Notes: a model not told the origin generated them from the sequence alone. Shown: positions 19,534-29,217, counted from the stretch's first letter. The stretch is 64,000 nucleotides of DNA from Candidatus Nanohaloarchaea archaeon (GCA_041640035.1 JBEQBC010000001.1:128001-192000), one strand, 5' to 3'. Made by a program: numbers and translations.

Positions 19534-20631
19534 ATGGAACCTGAAAAACTCAATCCAGCAAAGGATTTCATAGACGATATAGAAAAATCAGAAGATGTAG
19601 TAATCATCCACCACTGGGATATGGACGGCATATCATCCTCAGTAATCATATCAAAAATACTAGAAAAAAACCGAGGAAGACCCGCGGACGAAGTAAAGAT
19701 CCCGGACGAACGAGCCTACCACTTGGAAGACTCGGACCGTGAAAGAGTCAGAGAAGCCGACCGGTTGATTGTTCTCGACTTCAACCTGAAAGCAGACGAA
19801 CTAGAGGAAATCAATGAAAGCGGTACAGATGTACTTGTAGTCGACCACCACAGCTTCGACCGCGTACCAGAAGTCAGCTTCGTCAACCCTCGTGAAGAAG
19901 ACGCAGAAGCATATGTACCATGCAGCAAGCTCTGCCTAGATATCTCAGAACTCTACGGACTTGAGGACGAAGTCCGATGGATCGCAGGAATGGGAATCAT
20001 CCAGGACTTCGGAGTAGATCAGTGCATGGAAGTATTCGAACAACTGGAAGAAGATTACGAACAGTACCTTCCTAAAGAACTTACACAGGAAGAACTTGCC
20101 AAGAACTGCGAGTACGGACGCTACGCTTCCGTATTGAATATCAAGCCTTACCGTGACTCGCAGCATTTCGCCAAACTGGCTTACGAGGCTCTGATGAAGT
20201 CTGACGGACTTCTTGAGATCGAGGCTCAGGAAGAGTACCGTCAGGTTTACGAGGTCTACTTGGAGATGCAGGAAGAGTTCAACGAAGTGATGGAGAACTA
20301 TGAAGAGGAAAGAGAGATTGACCGGGATAAGATGATAATCTTTTTCGAACTGGAATCCGACTTCCACATCACCTCATCTATCTCAACAAACATGTCAACT
20401 AAGACACCTGACTGGATACATCTAGTGATCCAGAAGGATGACGAGGCGAATATCAGCGCCCGGTGTCAGTCCGGCCGTGTAGATTTGGGCAAGCTTATGG
20501 AGGATGCCCTTCCTGAAGAAGCCGTCGAAAAAGGTGCTGAGGCAGGAGGTCACCGTAAAGCTGCTGGAGCATCTATGGATATCGAGTACCTTGAGGAGTT
20601 CAAGCAGAACTTCAAAGACTTGGTAGAGTAA
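19534..20631 (+). CDS. DHH/DHHA1 phosphoesterase (RecJ-like)
   Basis: HHWDMDG, VLD, DHH, GGH..AAG. Confidence 0.9.
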   Translation: MEPEKLNPAKDFIDDIEKSEDVVIIHHWDMDGISSSVIISKILEKNRGRPADEVKIPDERAYHLEDSDRERVREADRLIVLDFNLKADELEEINESGTDVLVVDHHSFDRVPEVSFVNPREEDAEAYVPCSKLCLDISELYGLEDEVRWIAGMGIIQDFGVDQCMEVFEQLEEDYEQYLPKELTQEELAKNCEYGRYASVLNIKPYRDSQHFAKLAYEALMKSDGLLEIEAQEEYRQVYEVYLEMQEEFNEVMENYEEEREIDRDKMIIFFELESDFHITSSISTNMSTKTPDWIHLVIQKDDEANISARCQSGRVDLGKLMEDALPEEAVEKGAEAGGHRKAAGASMDIEYLEEFKQNFKDLVE

Positions 20632-20704
20632 CCCGGTAAGGCTTAAACAACGGTTTTACCGGTCTGGAACCTATTTAAATAGGGAGTTACAATTTCAAGG
20701 TACA

Positions 20705-20845
20705 ATGGACAAGAAACAGGCAGCTGAAAAACAGAAGGAGAAAGCCAAGGAAATGCTAGGTATCAGCGACGACAGAGCAGAGGAAATCTTCGAAGAACAA
20801 GCAGACCGCAAGCAGCAGAAGAAACAAGAACTAGAAGACGAGTAA
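20705..20845 (+). CDS. Small charged protein (46 aa)
   Basis: MDKKQAAEKQKEKAKEMLGISDDRAEEIFEEQADRKQQKKQELEDE; TATTTAAATA about 23 nt upstream; native codon usage; below ORF-track cutoff. Confidence 0.75.
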   Translation: MDKKQAAEKQKEKAKEMLGISDDRAEEIFEEQADRKQQKKQELEDE

Positions 20846-20921
20846 ACGATGCTCTGAAACAGAAATTCTTTCTGTTCAGTTCTTAGTATCTCCTATTCTA
20901 TCAGCAAATTTAATCTATTTT

Positions 20922-21272
20922 TCACAACTTATTCTTCTCTCTTATACGATTCTTGTAATACCACATAGGTAGGTCAATAAGAGAATGAAGAATTGGATGG
21001 TGCTCCGGATTGAACCGTTCCAGATGCGCGACTATCACATCTGACTTCATCTCATCCCGATCAACACCTCTGAAATCCGTGATATGCACACTCTTCCGTT
21101 TCTCATCATCTCGGTAACTCTCTGCATCAGGATAGATATCTGTCACCGTAGTTCTATCCGTCAAATGGAGACTATGCTTTTCTTCTTCGAAAAGTTCTTC
21201 CGGTATCTCAGTATCATAACTGAAGCCAGACTGATCCAAAAGGTACTCTACCAGTCCATTCGGTTCAGCCAC
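20922..21272 (-). CDS. Hypothetical protein
   Basis: 116 aa, GTG start directly after cysS. Confidence 0.65.
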   Translation of the reverse strand: MAEPNGLVEYLLDQSGFSYDTEIPEELFEEEKHSLHLTDRTTVTDIYPDAESYRDDEKRKSVHITDFRGVDRDEMKSDVIVAHLERFNPEHHPILHSLIDLPMWYYKNRIREKNKL

Positions 21273-21279
21273 TTCTTTT

Positions 21280-22695
21280 TCACCCTTTGAACCATTCAGA
21301 GCCGTCTTCAGAGTCCTCTATCTCGAAACCAAGTTCCTGCAACCGGTCACGGATCAGGTCACTTGTCTCGTAATCCTCCTCTTCACGAGCCTCATCCCTC
21401 AGCTCGATTAGTTTATCAGCAAGAGAGGACTCCTCCTCTGATATCTCGGGATTTACATCTACTCCGAGGATGCCGAAAAGCTCTTCCAGGGTCTCAGCGA
21501 CTTCCTCGCCAGGTTTTTCTCCTTTCTCGATGCTGGAGTTAACCTGTTTAACGAACTTCATCAACGCCTGTTTCGCTCTCGCTGTGTTCAGGTCGTCATC
21601 CATCTCTTCCTCAAAACTTTCTCTCACCGTTTCTGTATCTATATCGGCGTCGCCAGGATTTCTCCTGATTTTCTGTACCGTGGTTCTGACCTTTTCCAGC
21701 TCCTTCTCAGCTTTTTCAAGTCCTTCGATACTGAAATCGCTTTCAGTACGGTAATGAGTGCTGATTAGGTACAGCCGGATTACATCTCCGGAGAAACCTT
21801 TTTCCAGAAGTTCTCTAACTGTGTAGAAGTTGCCTTCACTTTTACTCATCTTTTCTCCTTCGACCTGGATGAACTCGTTGTGAAGCCAGTATTTTGCCTG
21901 TCCTTCTCCGCTTGCCGCGAATGCCTGTGCGCGTTCATTCGGGTGGTGTGGGAAGATATGGTCTTTTCCTCCGGCGTGGATATCGAACAGGTCTCCAAGG
22001 TACTTCTGGCTCATGACAGAACATTCGATATGCCAGCCCGGGTAGCCGACTCCCCACGGGCTCTCCCATTTCATCAGGTGGTCTTCGTCTGCGTTGATCC
22101 ATAATGCGAAGTCGTACTGATTTCTCTTATCGCTGTCGTGTTCTACACGGGCTTCGGCTTCTTCCTTCAACTGTTCTAGGTCCTTGTTCGCCATCTCACC
22201 GTACGGATAGTCTTCCGCGAATTTCTCCACATCGAAGTAGACATTGCCGTCGACCTCGTAGCCGTAACCGTTCTCTATTATCTTTTCAACATAATGAATC
22301 ATTTCGTTGATGTGGCCGGTGGCGCGAGGCATGATATCCTGCCGTGGGACATTGATCGCCTGTGTGTCTTCGAAGTATCTTTCTATCTGGTCTTCTACCA
22401 GTTCCATAGGCTCTAATCCCATCTCTTTAGCTCGTTTCTCGACCTTGTCCTCTCCCTGATCTCCATCATCTGTCAGGTGTCCTACATCGGTGATGTTCTG
22501 GATATGCCGGACCTTGTAGCCTTTCCACCGTAGGTACCGTGTCAGTGTGTCCCATGCTGTGTAGGCTTTGGCGTTTCCGATATGCAGGTCGTCGTAGATT
22601 GTCTGCCCGCAGCTGTAGAACCGTACTTTTCCTTCTTCTATAGGTTTGAATTCTTCTTTCTCCCGTGTCAGCGTATTGAATAGCTTTAAAGTCAT
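21280..22695 (-). CDS. cysS: Cysteine--tRNA ligase
   Basis: YSCG.T, HIGN, PGWHIECS, DIHAGG.D..FPHH.NE, KMSKS. Confidence 0.97.
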   Translation of the reverse strand: MTLKLFNTLTREKEEFKPIEEGKVRFYSCGQTIYDDLHIGNAKAYTAWDTLTRYLRWKGYKVRHIQNITDVGHLTDDGDQGEDKVEKRAKEMGLEPMELVEDQIERYFEDTQAINVPRQDIMPRATGHINEMIHYVEKIIENGYGYEVDGNVYFDVEKFAEDYPYGEMANKDLEQLKEEAEARVEHDSDKRNQYDFALWINADEDHLMKWESPWGVGYPGWHIECSVMSQKYLGDLFDIHAGGKDHIFPHHPNERAQAFAASGEGQAKYWLHNEFIQVEGEKMSKSEGNFYTVRELLEKGFSGDVIRLYLISTHYRTESDFSIEGLEKAEKELEKVRTTVQKIRRNPGDADIDTETVRESFEEEMDDDLNTARAKQALMKFVKQVNSSIEKGEKPGEEVAETLEELFGILGVDVNPEISEEESSLADKLIELRDEAREEEDYETSDLIRDRLQELGFEIEDSEDGSEWFKG

Positions 22696-22746
22696 TTTAG
22701 TTCAGCTCCGAGCAGTGATATATCTAGGTTTAGAAGTCGCAGGTTT

Positions 22747-22782
22747 TCAAATGTGCCGTGGACAAAAACGATCACTGCTCAT
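22747..22782 (-). promoter_or_regulatory. Candidate leaderless leader-peptide uORF (MSSDRFCPRHI) upstream of cysS
   Basis: ATG lies 25 nt after TTTTTAAC; contains a Cys codon; overlaps one arm of a 10-bp inverted repeat. Confidence 0.5.
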
Positions 22783-22807
22783 ATACTTTGACTTTCTTCT
22801 CTTGAAT

Positions 22808-22823
22808 GTTAAAAATCCTTTTC
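22808..22823 (-). promoter_or_regulatory. BRE/TATA promoter of the cysS transcript
   Basis: GAAAAGGA-TTTTTAAC on the minus strand; same box and spacing as upstream of ileS. Confidence 0.6.
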
Positions 22824-22869
22824 ACCTGCGCAACGGTTTTTTATCCAGCTTAGAGTAAAAACTCTGCAA

Positions 22870-24243
22870 ATGGTTTTCCCCGCGGTTGAAGGATTCCAAT
22901 TGACAGGATTTCTGATGGAGAGAGGTATCGGCCTCGTCTACCTCCTGGCATTCCTAGTTTTCTACCGCCAGTACCCTGCACTCGTAGGAGAAAACGGTTT
23001 AGAACCGCTGAAAGAAGGAAATGAGATAAGGAAATACTTCAGTATATTCTACTACCTCCAGAAAGACTGGTTCCTCAAAGCCTCAGCAATAACCGGAGTA
23101 ATCCTTTCGACCATTGTTTTATCAGGTCTAACAGAGCTCCTTGGATATAATATCCGTATCATAGTATTTGTTTCTCTATGGATCCTGATCGTATCTTTCA
23201 TCAACTCCGGTGGTATCTTCACAAGGCCTGGCTGGGAGACGATACTGGCGGAAACAGGGTTCATCGCGATCTTCCTGGGAGGTTTATCCTACCAGACGCC
23301 GGATGTAGTTGTATGGATGTTCCGTTGGGTACTTTTCAGGATGATGCTAGGTTCAGCCATAGTGAAGCTTCGAGGAGGAACTGAGTGGACGGATCTGGAT
23401 GCGTTAAAGAATCATTTTGAATCGCAGCCCTTCCCCGGCCCGTTCAGCTACTACCTGAACAATCTTCCTGAAAAAGTACTGGAGTCTGGAGCTGTAGTGA
23501 TGCAGTCAGCTATGATGTTTCTTCCGCTCCTCTACTTTATGCCACAGCCATGGGCAGCGATAGCCGGTTTATTCACTCTTTTGATTCAGTTGATGATCTT
23601 CCTTAGCGGGAACTACGCATGGCTGAATGTAATCACATCGGTGCTAGTCCTGAGTACATTTGATGACAGTATAATATCGTCTTTGACAGGTATTTCTGCT
23701 GGATCAGCTGTTTCAAATCCTTTATCCGGTACAGCAACTTTGGCAGGTCTTTTGATTCTTGTTTTAAGCATCAATCCTGTGCTTAACTTCTTCTCTCGTG
23801 ACCCACATCAGAATATGAGTTACAATCCGTTGCATCTCGCGAACTCATACGGTGCATTCCCGGATGTGACAGAGAATCATAGAGAAATAATTATAGAAGG
23901 GTTTATCGACGGCGAATGGAGGGAATACAAGAATCACAGTTCTTTCAGAGAACAAGAGAGTAGAAATGTTCAGATAGCGCCCTACCAGCACATGATGGAG
24001 TATCTTATGTACTTCCAAGTACACGGCAAGACACCTGATGATCAGTGGCTGGATAAACTACTGGAGAACCTTTTAGAGAGCGACAAGAATACAGAGAGCC
24101 TCTTTGAATCAAAACCTGATAAAGATGACAATCCAGAGAAGATAAGAGCTGTAGAATACATTTACAGATTTGATTACAGTAAATGGGAAATATACTGGGA
24201 AAGAGAATCAGTTCAGGTTCTCAAACAGAAGTCAAGAGACTAG
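22870..24243 (+). CDS. Lipase maturation factor (LMF1) family membrane protein
   Basis: LVGENGLEP, GWETILAETGF, RWVLFRMMLGS..VKLR, HFESQP.P, SGNYAWLN, NSYGAF. Confidence 0.85.
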   Translation: MVFPAVEGFQLTGFLMERGIGLVYLLAFLVFYRQYPALVGENGLEPLKEGNEIRKYFSIFYYLQKDWFLKASAITGVILSTIVLSGLTELLGYNIRIIVFVSLWILIVSFINSGGIFTRPGWETILAETGFIAIFLGGLSYQTPDVVVWMFRWVLFRMMLGSAIVKLRGGTEWTDLDALKNHFESQPFPGPFSYYLNNLPEKVLESGAVVMQSAMMFLPLLYFMPQPWAAIAGLFTLLIQLMIFLSGNYAWLNVITSVLVLSTFDDSIISSLTGISAGSAVSNPLSGTATLAGLLILVLSINPVLNFFSRDPHQNMSYNPLHLANSYGAFPDVTENHREIIIEGFIDGEWREYKNHSSFREQESRNVQIAPYQHMMEYLMYFQVHGKTPDDQWLDKLLENLLESDKNTESLFESKPDKDDNPEKIRAVEYIYRFDYSKWEIYWERESVQVLKQKSRD

Positions 24244-24722
24244 TAATCTACCGGTTCTCCAAACTCCAGGTCCTTCCAGAAATCTACTTTATCTTTATCC
24301 GGCACATTCAGTGACAGGAAAATTCCATGTGTTACGGCCATACTTTCTTGCTCAGCTTCTTTCAGGAATTTTTTGAACCGTTCTTTCACCTCTTCTTGGT
24401 CTTCCCAGTCGGCCTCTGATCTCCCTGAGAGGTAGTCTTCAACCAGTTCGATGTAACGGTCGTGGTCTTCCACGAATCCTTCTTTGCTGCGGTCGACTTC
24501 GCACAGCAACTGTGTTTTGACCAGTTCTGCATCCGCTTCTTCTGCTATCTTTTCAGCGGTCTTTACTGCTTTGGGTTCTGTGCTTGTGTATACTTTGTCT
24601 ATGTTGAAGCTGTGGTTTTCCACAAATTCTTGACTTGCCTGTTTGCCTTCTTCTGACAGCTCCCATTCCGATACAGGTGTTTCAGGTTCTACTTCTGTCT
24701 GGAAATGCCGTAGAAATCTCAT
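24240..24722 (-). CDS. Histidine phosphatase superfamily protein
   Basis: FLRH, LSEEG..QA, S.E.KA..TA, VTHG. Confidence 0.85.
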   Translation of the reverse strand: MRFLRHFQTEVEPETPVSEWELSEEGKQASQEFVENHSFNIDKVYTSTEPKAVKTAEKIAEEADAELVKTQLLCEVDRSKEGFVEDHDRYIELVEDYLSGRSEADWEDQEEVKERFKKFLKEAEQESMAVTHGIFLSLNVPDKDKVDFWKDLEFGEPVDY

Positions 24723-24727
24723 TTTCT

Positions 24728-25171
24728 CTAGAAAGGTGCTTTTTTGACTTTTTCAAGGAACTGAGACTGGTTTTTCCGGTCTCTAAGTCTCTGTGCTTCT
24801 CCGCTGTGTACATAGTCCTTTAGTTTGTCTGGTCCGACCCATTTTACTTCTTTGAGGTCGTCCAGTGCTTCTGCGTTTTTGGTTTCTGCTTCGCAGTGGA
24901 ATACTATCTGTAAGGAGTCTTTTTCTTCTCCGTCCCATGGAAAGGTCATGACATCGACGGTTTGATGTACTTCTACTTCCAGGCCGGTTTCCTCTTCTAC
25001 TTCTCTTTCGATCGCTTCCTCAACCTGTTCTCCGTGTTCGAGGTGTCCGCCAAGAAGATGCCATTCCTCGCTTATCGGGTGTCCAGGTGTTTCTTCCTTT
25101 TTTCCTATCAGGAACTCTCCTTTATGTGTTATCAAGCCTTTGACCACGGTTCTGAATTTTTCTTCACTCAT
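24728..25171 (-). CDS. NUDIX hydrolase
   Basis: Nudix box GGHLEHGEQVEEAIEREVEEETG. Confidence 0.92.
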   Translation of the reverse strand: MSEEKFRTVVKGLITHKGEFLIGKKEETPGHPISEEWHLLGGHLEHGEQVEEAIEREVEEETGLEVEVHQTVDVMTFPWDGEEKDSLQIVFHCEAETKNAEALDDLKEVKWVGPDKLKDYVHSGEAQRLRDRKNQSQFLEKVKKAPF

Positions 25172-25205
25172 TCTTCTATCCTCTTACTGTGTAATTAATC
25201 TTCAA

Positions 25206-25637
25206 TTATCTTAAGGATTCATCGCCGGATAACTCATTCAGCTTTCTGAGGTCCTCCTTCAAACCTTTCACTGTTTCAAATTCATCCAGATCTTCAGGCT
25301 CAACCCATCGGTATTCCGTATGTTCAGAGTTCAATTCGGGTTCATCCCCGGTTCTGAACAGTACAGGATGTATCCTGAACTTTCCGTCAACAGTCTCCAC
25401 GATGAAGCTTTCCCCTGTCTGGAAAGGTTTTTCCTTCAGTTTTGTTTCCTCTTTGAGTTCTCGTCGAGCTGCTTCCGCAGCATTTTCGTCTTTTCCCTCT
25501 ATTTTTCCGCCCGGGAAGTTCCATTTTCCAGGCTGTATATCTGTATCTGTGGTCCTTTTAGCTAGAAGATACTTCTTCGAGTCTTTCTTCTTGACTACTG
25601 CTGTCGCTACTTCTGTAACGCTGATCTCTTTTTTCAC
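25206..25637 (-). CDS. NUDIX hydrolase
   Basis: Nudix box [24 protein letters not shown]; LNSEH...W. Confidence 0.9.
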   Translation of the reverse strand: MKKEISVTEVATAVVKKKDSKKYLLAKRTTDTDIQPGKWNFPGGKIEGKDENAAEAARRELKEETKLKEKPFQTGESFIVETVDGKFRIHPVLFRTGDEPELNSEHTEYRWVEPEDLDEFETVKGLKEDLRKLNELSGDESLR

Positions 25638-26035
25638 CTGAAGTTTATGCCGAGTGATTCAAGCTCTTTTTCTACTCCTGCGACTGTTTCAATGTCTTTG
25701 AAGTATTTTTTCTTCACCCACTGGTGGTCCTGATGTTCTCTGCTTAACTCGACCTCTTTCTCCTCTACAACTGCTAGAAAAGGATGTATCTCGAGAACTC
25801 CTCTATCAAGATGTACCTTACCTGATTCCCCGGTCTGGACGATCTTGCCCTTCAGTCCAGTTTCTTCCTCAAGCTCCCGAAGTGCTGCCTGCCGGGGTGT
25901 TTCACCATCTTCTACTCCTCCGCCAGGAAACTCCCATTTACCTGAACGGTCCTTGGATTCAGCTATCTTCATAAGTAGAAATTTCTCTTCTTCTGGATGG
26001 TATACAACTGTTTTTGCAGCTCTGTGATCTACCAA
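25634..26035 (-). CDS. NUDIX hydrolase
   Basis: Nudix box [23 protein letters not shown]; LSREH...W. Confidence 0.92.
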   Translation of the reverse strand: MVDHRAAKTVVYHPEEEKFLLMKIAESKDRSGKWEFPGGGVEDGETPRQAALRELEEETGLKGKIVQTGESGKVHLDRGVLEIHPFLAVVEEKEVELSREHQDHQWVKKKYFKDIETVAGVEKELESLGINFR

Positions 26036-26045
26036 GGAAATTTTT

Positions 26046-26843
26046 TCACCTCAGATTCAGGTTTTCAAGTGCCTGAAGTTCTCCCAGTGTTTCCTTCTCA
26101 CTGAGTTTCTCCAGCTTTATCCATTCATAGTCGCTGTGCTCACTGTCCAGAACCGGATCCTCATCCTCTACTTTAACTAGGAAGGAAAAGATACGCCAGT
26201 ATCCGAGCTGTCCTTCATCAATATATGGTTCTCCTTTCTTCTTGATCTCGCCGTGAAGCTTTGTTTCTTCCTCCAGTTCCCGTAGAACTGCTGCTTTTCC
26301 GTCTTCATGGTTCTCTATCTTTCCACCAGGGAAGCTCCAGAAACCGGAGCTTGTGTTTGATTCCGATCTTTTCATCAAAAGATATTTCTGCCCGTTGTAC
26401 GGTACTGCGATCGAGACATCTCCGTTAACTATACCCAGGTTTTTCAGGGCTTCAAACTGGCCTAATGTATCGTGACTGTAGAAATCCTTCACATCTACCC
26501 ATTCGTATTTGCTGTGGTCCGGCATTTCAGACAGCTGTATATCCGAGAAAGTATCCTTTTTCACTATGAGTTCCATGGGGTTGAGGACAAACTTTCCGTC
26601 CTCTTCGCTTCTGTAGCTTTCTCCGTGCCTGTAATCGATCACATCTTCTACAGTGATGCCTACGCCGGTTTCTTCACGGAGTTCTCTTAGTCCGGCTTCT
26701 AGTATATCTTCGTTTTCCTCTAGTTTGCCACCCAAGAACTCCCAGTAACTGTCTCTCTTCCTTTTACCCATCAGAAGCTTGTCTTTGCTTCCTCTTCTGC
26801 GGACGACGCATTGAACCACTTGCTGTCTTTTCCTGACATCCAT
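26046..26843 (-). CDS. Tandem double-NUDIX hydrolase
   Basis: Two Nudix boxes: [23 protein letters not shown] and [23 protein letters not shown]. Confidence 0.92.
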   Translation of the reverse strand: MDVRKRQQVVQCVVRRRGSKDKLLMGKRKRDSYWEFLGGKLEENEDILEAGLRELREETGVGITVEDVIDYRHGESYRSEEDGKFVLNPMELIVKKDTFSDIQLSEMPDHSKYEWVDVKDFYSHDTLGQFEALKNLGIVNGDVSIAVPYNGQKYLLMKRSESNTSSGFWSFPGGKIENHEDGKAAVLRELEEETKLHGEIKKKGEPYIDEGQLGYWRIFSFLVKVEDEDPVLDSEHSDYEWIKLEKLSEKETLGELQALENLNLR

Positions 26844-26907
26844 GAAACTGGTTAACCGTATTCCTTATTCAAGTCTTTTTCGGATAGAAAATAGGGGAGA
26901 GTACATT

Positions 26908-27381
26908 TTAATCCAGGTCTTTGATCATCATAGTCCGCTCTTTCCTGAAATCCTTCTTTTCGTAAAGTTCTATAGCTGAACGGTTACGGACATTAACCGA
27001 TAAACGGATCATATCGAAACCCTGTTTCCGGCTGAAATCCTCGATTCTCTCAAGCAGCTTGGAAGCAACGCCTTTCCGTCTGTGCTCCTTTCTGACAAAA
27101 AGTTCATGTATATGACCATAGCTATCTCTCTCAAATACAGGTCTGGCAGTCCGCTTCTCCATACTGATGAAACCCATGAGCTCACCATTCTCCTTAGCTA
27201 TCAGAAAAGTATGTTTATCCTTCCTCAACCGGTCAGTAAAGTATTTGACAGCATTAGCTCTTACTTCTGAATCTGCCAAACGGTTAAAGTCGGATAACTC
27301 CTCCATCTCCTTCGCCAAGGGGGTCCACAGACGGTCAACTAGCTCCTCAGCATCTGATTTATCAGCTTCAAATACCTTCAT
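26908..27381 (-). CDS. GNAT acetyltransferase
   Basis: LFVRKEHRRKGVASKLL and N..AIELYEK.DF; start moved to MKVFEA. Confidence 0.9.
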   Translation of the reverse strand: MKVFEADKSDAEELVDRLWTPLAKEMEELSDFNRLADSEVRANAVKYFTDRLRKDKHTFLIAKENGELMGFISMEKRTARPVFERDSYGHIHELFVRKEHRRKGVASKLLERIEDFSRKQGFDMIRLSVNVRNRSAIELYEKKDFRKERTMMIKDLD

Positions 27382-27539
27382 CAAGACTCTGTTAAGCAAG
27401 AATTGCGGTAACCCTATTGAAAAAGCAGTGTGTCAGAGGACTTTTCTTATTAGAATTTACTAGTTTTCAACTTAGAAGAATTCTTGAAGAGAAGACGGAG
27501 AGAAAAAATTGTCTGAAGAAGTAAGGAAAAGGATAGATG

Positions 27540-27947
27540 CTATGGTAAATTAATCACAAACATCCAATGGTAGATAACTAGAGCACTTGATATCATTAGG
27601 CTTAGTACAAGCGTTGTAGATATTGCTTCTTTTCTTATTTCCTCCTCTTCGGTCTTTATCTCCACATATTTTTCTATATCGAAGTAACTGTTTAGCTTAT
27701 TCGTAATGTCGTAACTTGCTCTCATAATCTGCCAAGTAAATACGATTAGAAGCATAGTGGGAAAGAAACCGAAAAGTATAGATTGTATCAGTCTATCAAA
27801 GAATGTCAATGACAGGAAATAATCTTCCACCGTAAATAGAAGTAGTGAATATCCGTTCAGAAACATTGAAAGTGCTTGGATGGGTACATCATCCTCTATA
27901 TAGTCGCTCAACATATTCCAATAATCGCTCAAAAAACTCTCTTTCAT
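27540..27947 (-). CDS. AT-rich hypothetical membrane protein
   Basis: 3 TMs; atypical codon usage; downstream of tRNA-Cys. Confidence 0.65.
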   Translation of the reverse strand: MKESFLSDYWNMLSDYIEDDVPIQALSMFLNGYSLLLFTVEDYFLSLTFFDRLIQSILFGFFPTMLLIVFTWQIMRASYDITNKLNSYFDIEKYVEIKTEEEEIRKEAISTTLVLSLMISSALVIYHWMFVINLP

Positions 27948-28199
27948 GGAAAAAATTTGAGACTTGATTTTTACATATGTAAATATCTTCCATTGGAGGA
28001 TAGTCTACATACGACTCATTATGAAAAATAGTTCTCTTTTTGTGAATAGTCGGATTTACCTGTATCTTCTTTTTTGAAACTTTTTTGGTACTACCTCAAA
28101 TAATTATTTCGTCTGTTATTCTCAGAAATACAATTAGGTTATAATATCATCGGATGTCAGCCTCACAAACCTTGAAAACCTTAAATTCCGACAGAAGAG

Positions 28200-28270
28200 A
28201 GCCGGGACAGGGATTTGCACCCTGGTAGGCGGCTTTGCAGGCCGCTGCATAACTCCTCTGCCATCCCGGC
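28200..28270 (-). tRNA. tRNA-Cys(GCA)
   Basis: Acceptor GCCGGGA/TCCCGGC, U73; anticodon arm GCGGC-CTGCAAA-GCCGC; T arm CAGGG-TGCAAAT-CCCTG. Confidence 0.95.
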
Positions 28271-28408
28271 GAACAGCCTCTGTATACTTTTTACGGGTTA
28301 GAAGTTTTTTAATAAGAAGAGGTGGTGCTTTCCTCGAGGGAAGTTTCGAATTTTTAACTTTTGGGTGCAGAAATTTCTACACCTAACTCGGGGGAGAAAC
28401 GATAAATT

Positions 28409-29215
28409 ATGAAAGTTGAAATACTCGGAAATGTCCAGGACGGAGGAGTACCTCATCTTGGATGTGAATGTGATGTATGTGAAGCAGCAAGAGAGGACCA
28501 GCGAAACCAGAAATATGTAGGAGCCTTGATGGTCAAGGAAAACGATGCCAAAGATACTATTCGATATCTGATTGATGCCACCCCTGACATCAAGTACCAG
28601 ATTAAGGGCGACTATCTAGACGGCGTATTCCTCAGCCACGGACACTTGGGACATATCGCAGGACTACCTTTCTTCGGAACAGAGAGCCTGGACACCAACC
28701 AATTATCAGTTTTCTGTACACCTGAGATGCGGCAGTTCATCATGAACAACGACCCATTCAGACTGCTCGTCGACAGAAACCAGATCGAGATAGAGAAGAA
28801 ATCCCATGGTGACGAAGTCGAGGTTCAGGGAGGTTCAATCGAGTTCAGGAATGTACTCCACCGATATGTTAATACTGACACAACATCCTTCATGATCGAG
28901 GGAGAAGACAAGAAACTGTACTATCTCACTGATATCGACGAATGGACAGATGAAGCAGCCCAAAGCGTCAGAGAAGCTGACATAGCAATCGTTGATGGAA
29001 CTTTCTGGACCAAGGACGAGATCGGACGGTACGAAGAAGTACCACACCCAACGATCAAGGAATCGATGGAACGGTTCGATGACAGCGACACAGAAATCTA
29101 CTTCACACACCTCAACCACACCAACCCAGTCCTCAGAGAAGACAGCGAAGAAAGACAAGAACTAGAAGACAAAGGATACCATGTCGCAGAAAAAGGAATA
29201 GAAATCGAACTCTGA
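28409..29215 (+). CDS. Metallo-beta-lactamase-fold hydrolase (PqqB/PhnP-like)
   Basis: LG.VQDGGVPH.GCECDVC, LIDATPD, HGHLGH, DGTF, THLNHTNP. Confidence 0.88.
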   Translation: MKVEILGNVQDGGVPHLGCECDVCEAAREDQRNQKYVGALMVKENDAKDTIRYLIDATPDIKYQIKGDYLDGVFLSHGHLGHIAGLPFFGTESLDTNQLSVFCTPEMRQFIMNNDPFRLLVDRNQIEIEKKSHGDEVEVQGGSIEFRNVLHRYVNTDTTSFMIEGEDKKLYYLTDIDEWTDEAAQSVREADIAIVDGTFWTKDEIGRYEEVPHPTIKESMERFDDSDTEIYFTHLNHTNPVLREDSEERQELEDKGYHVAEKGIEIEL

Positions 29216-29217
29216 AT

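Noticed and set aside
27400-28270. Integrated element at tRNA-Cys (also considered at tRNA-Tyr and tRNA-Ser)
   Set aside because: AT-rich orphan genes flank the tRNAs, but no integrase or duplicated tRNA 3' end was seen
28409-29215. PQQ biosynthesis
   Set aside because: PqqB-like fold only; no pqqA/C/D/E in the window
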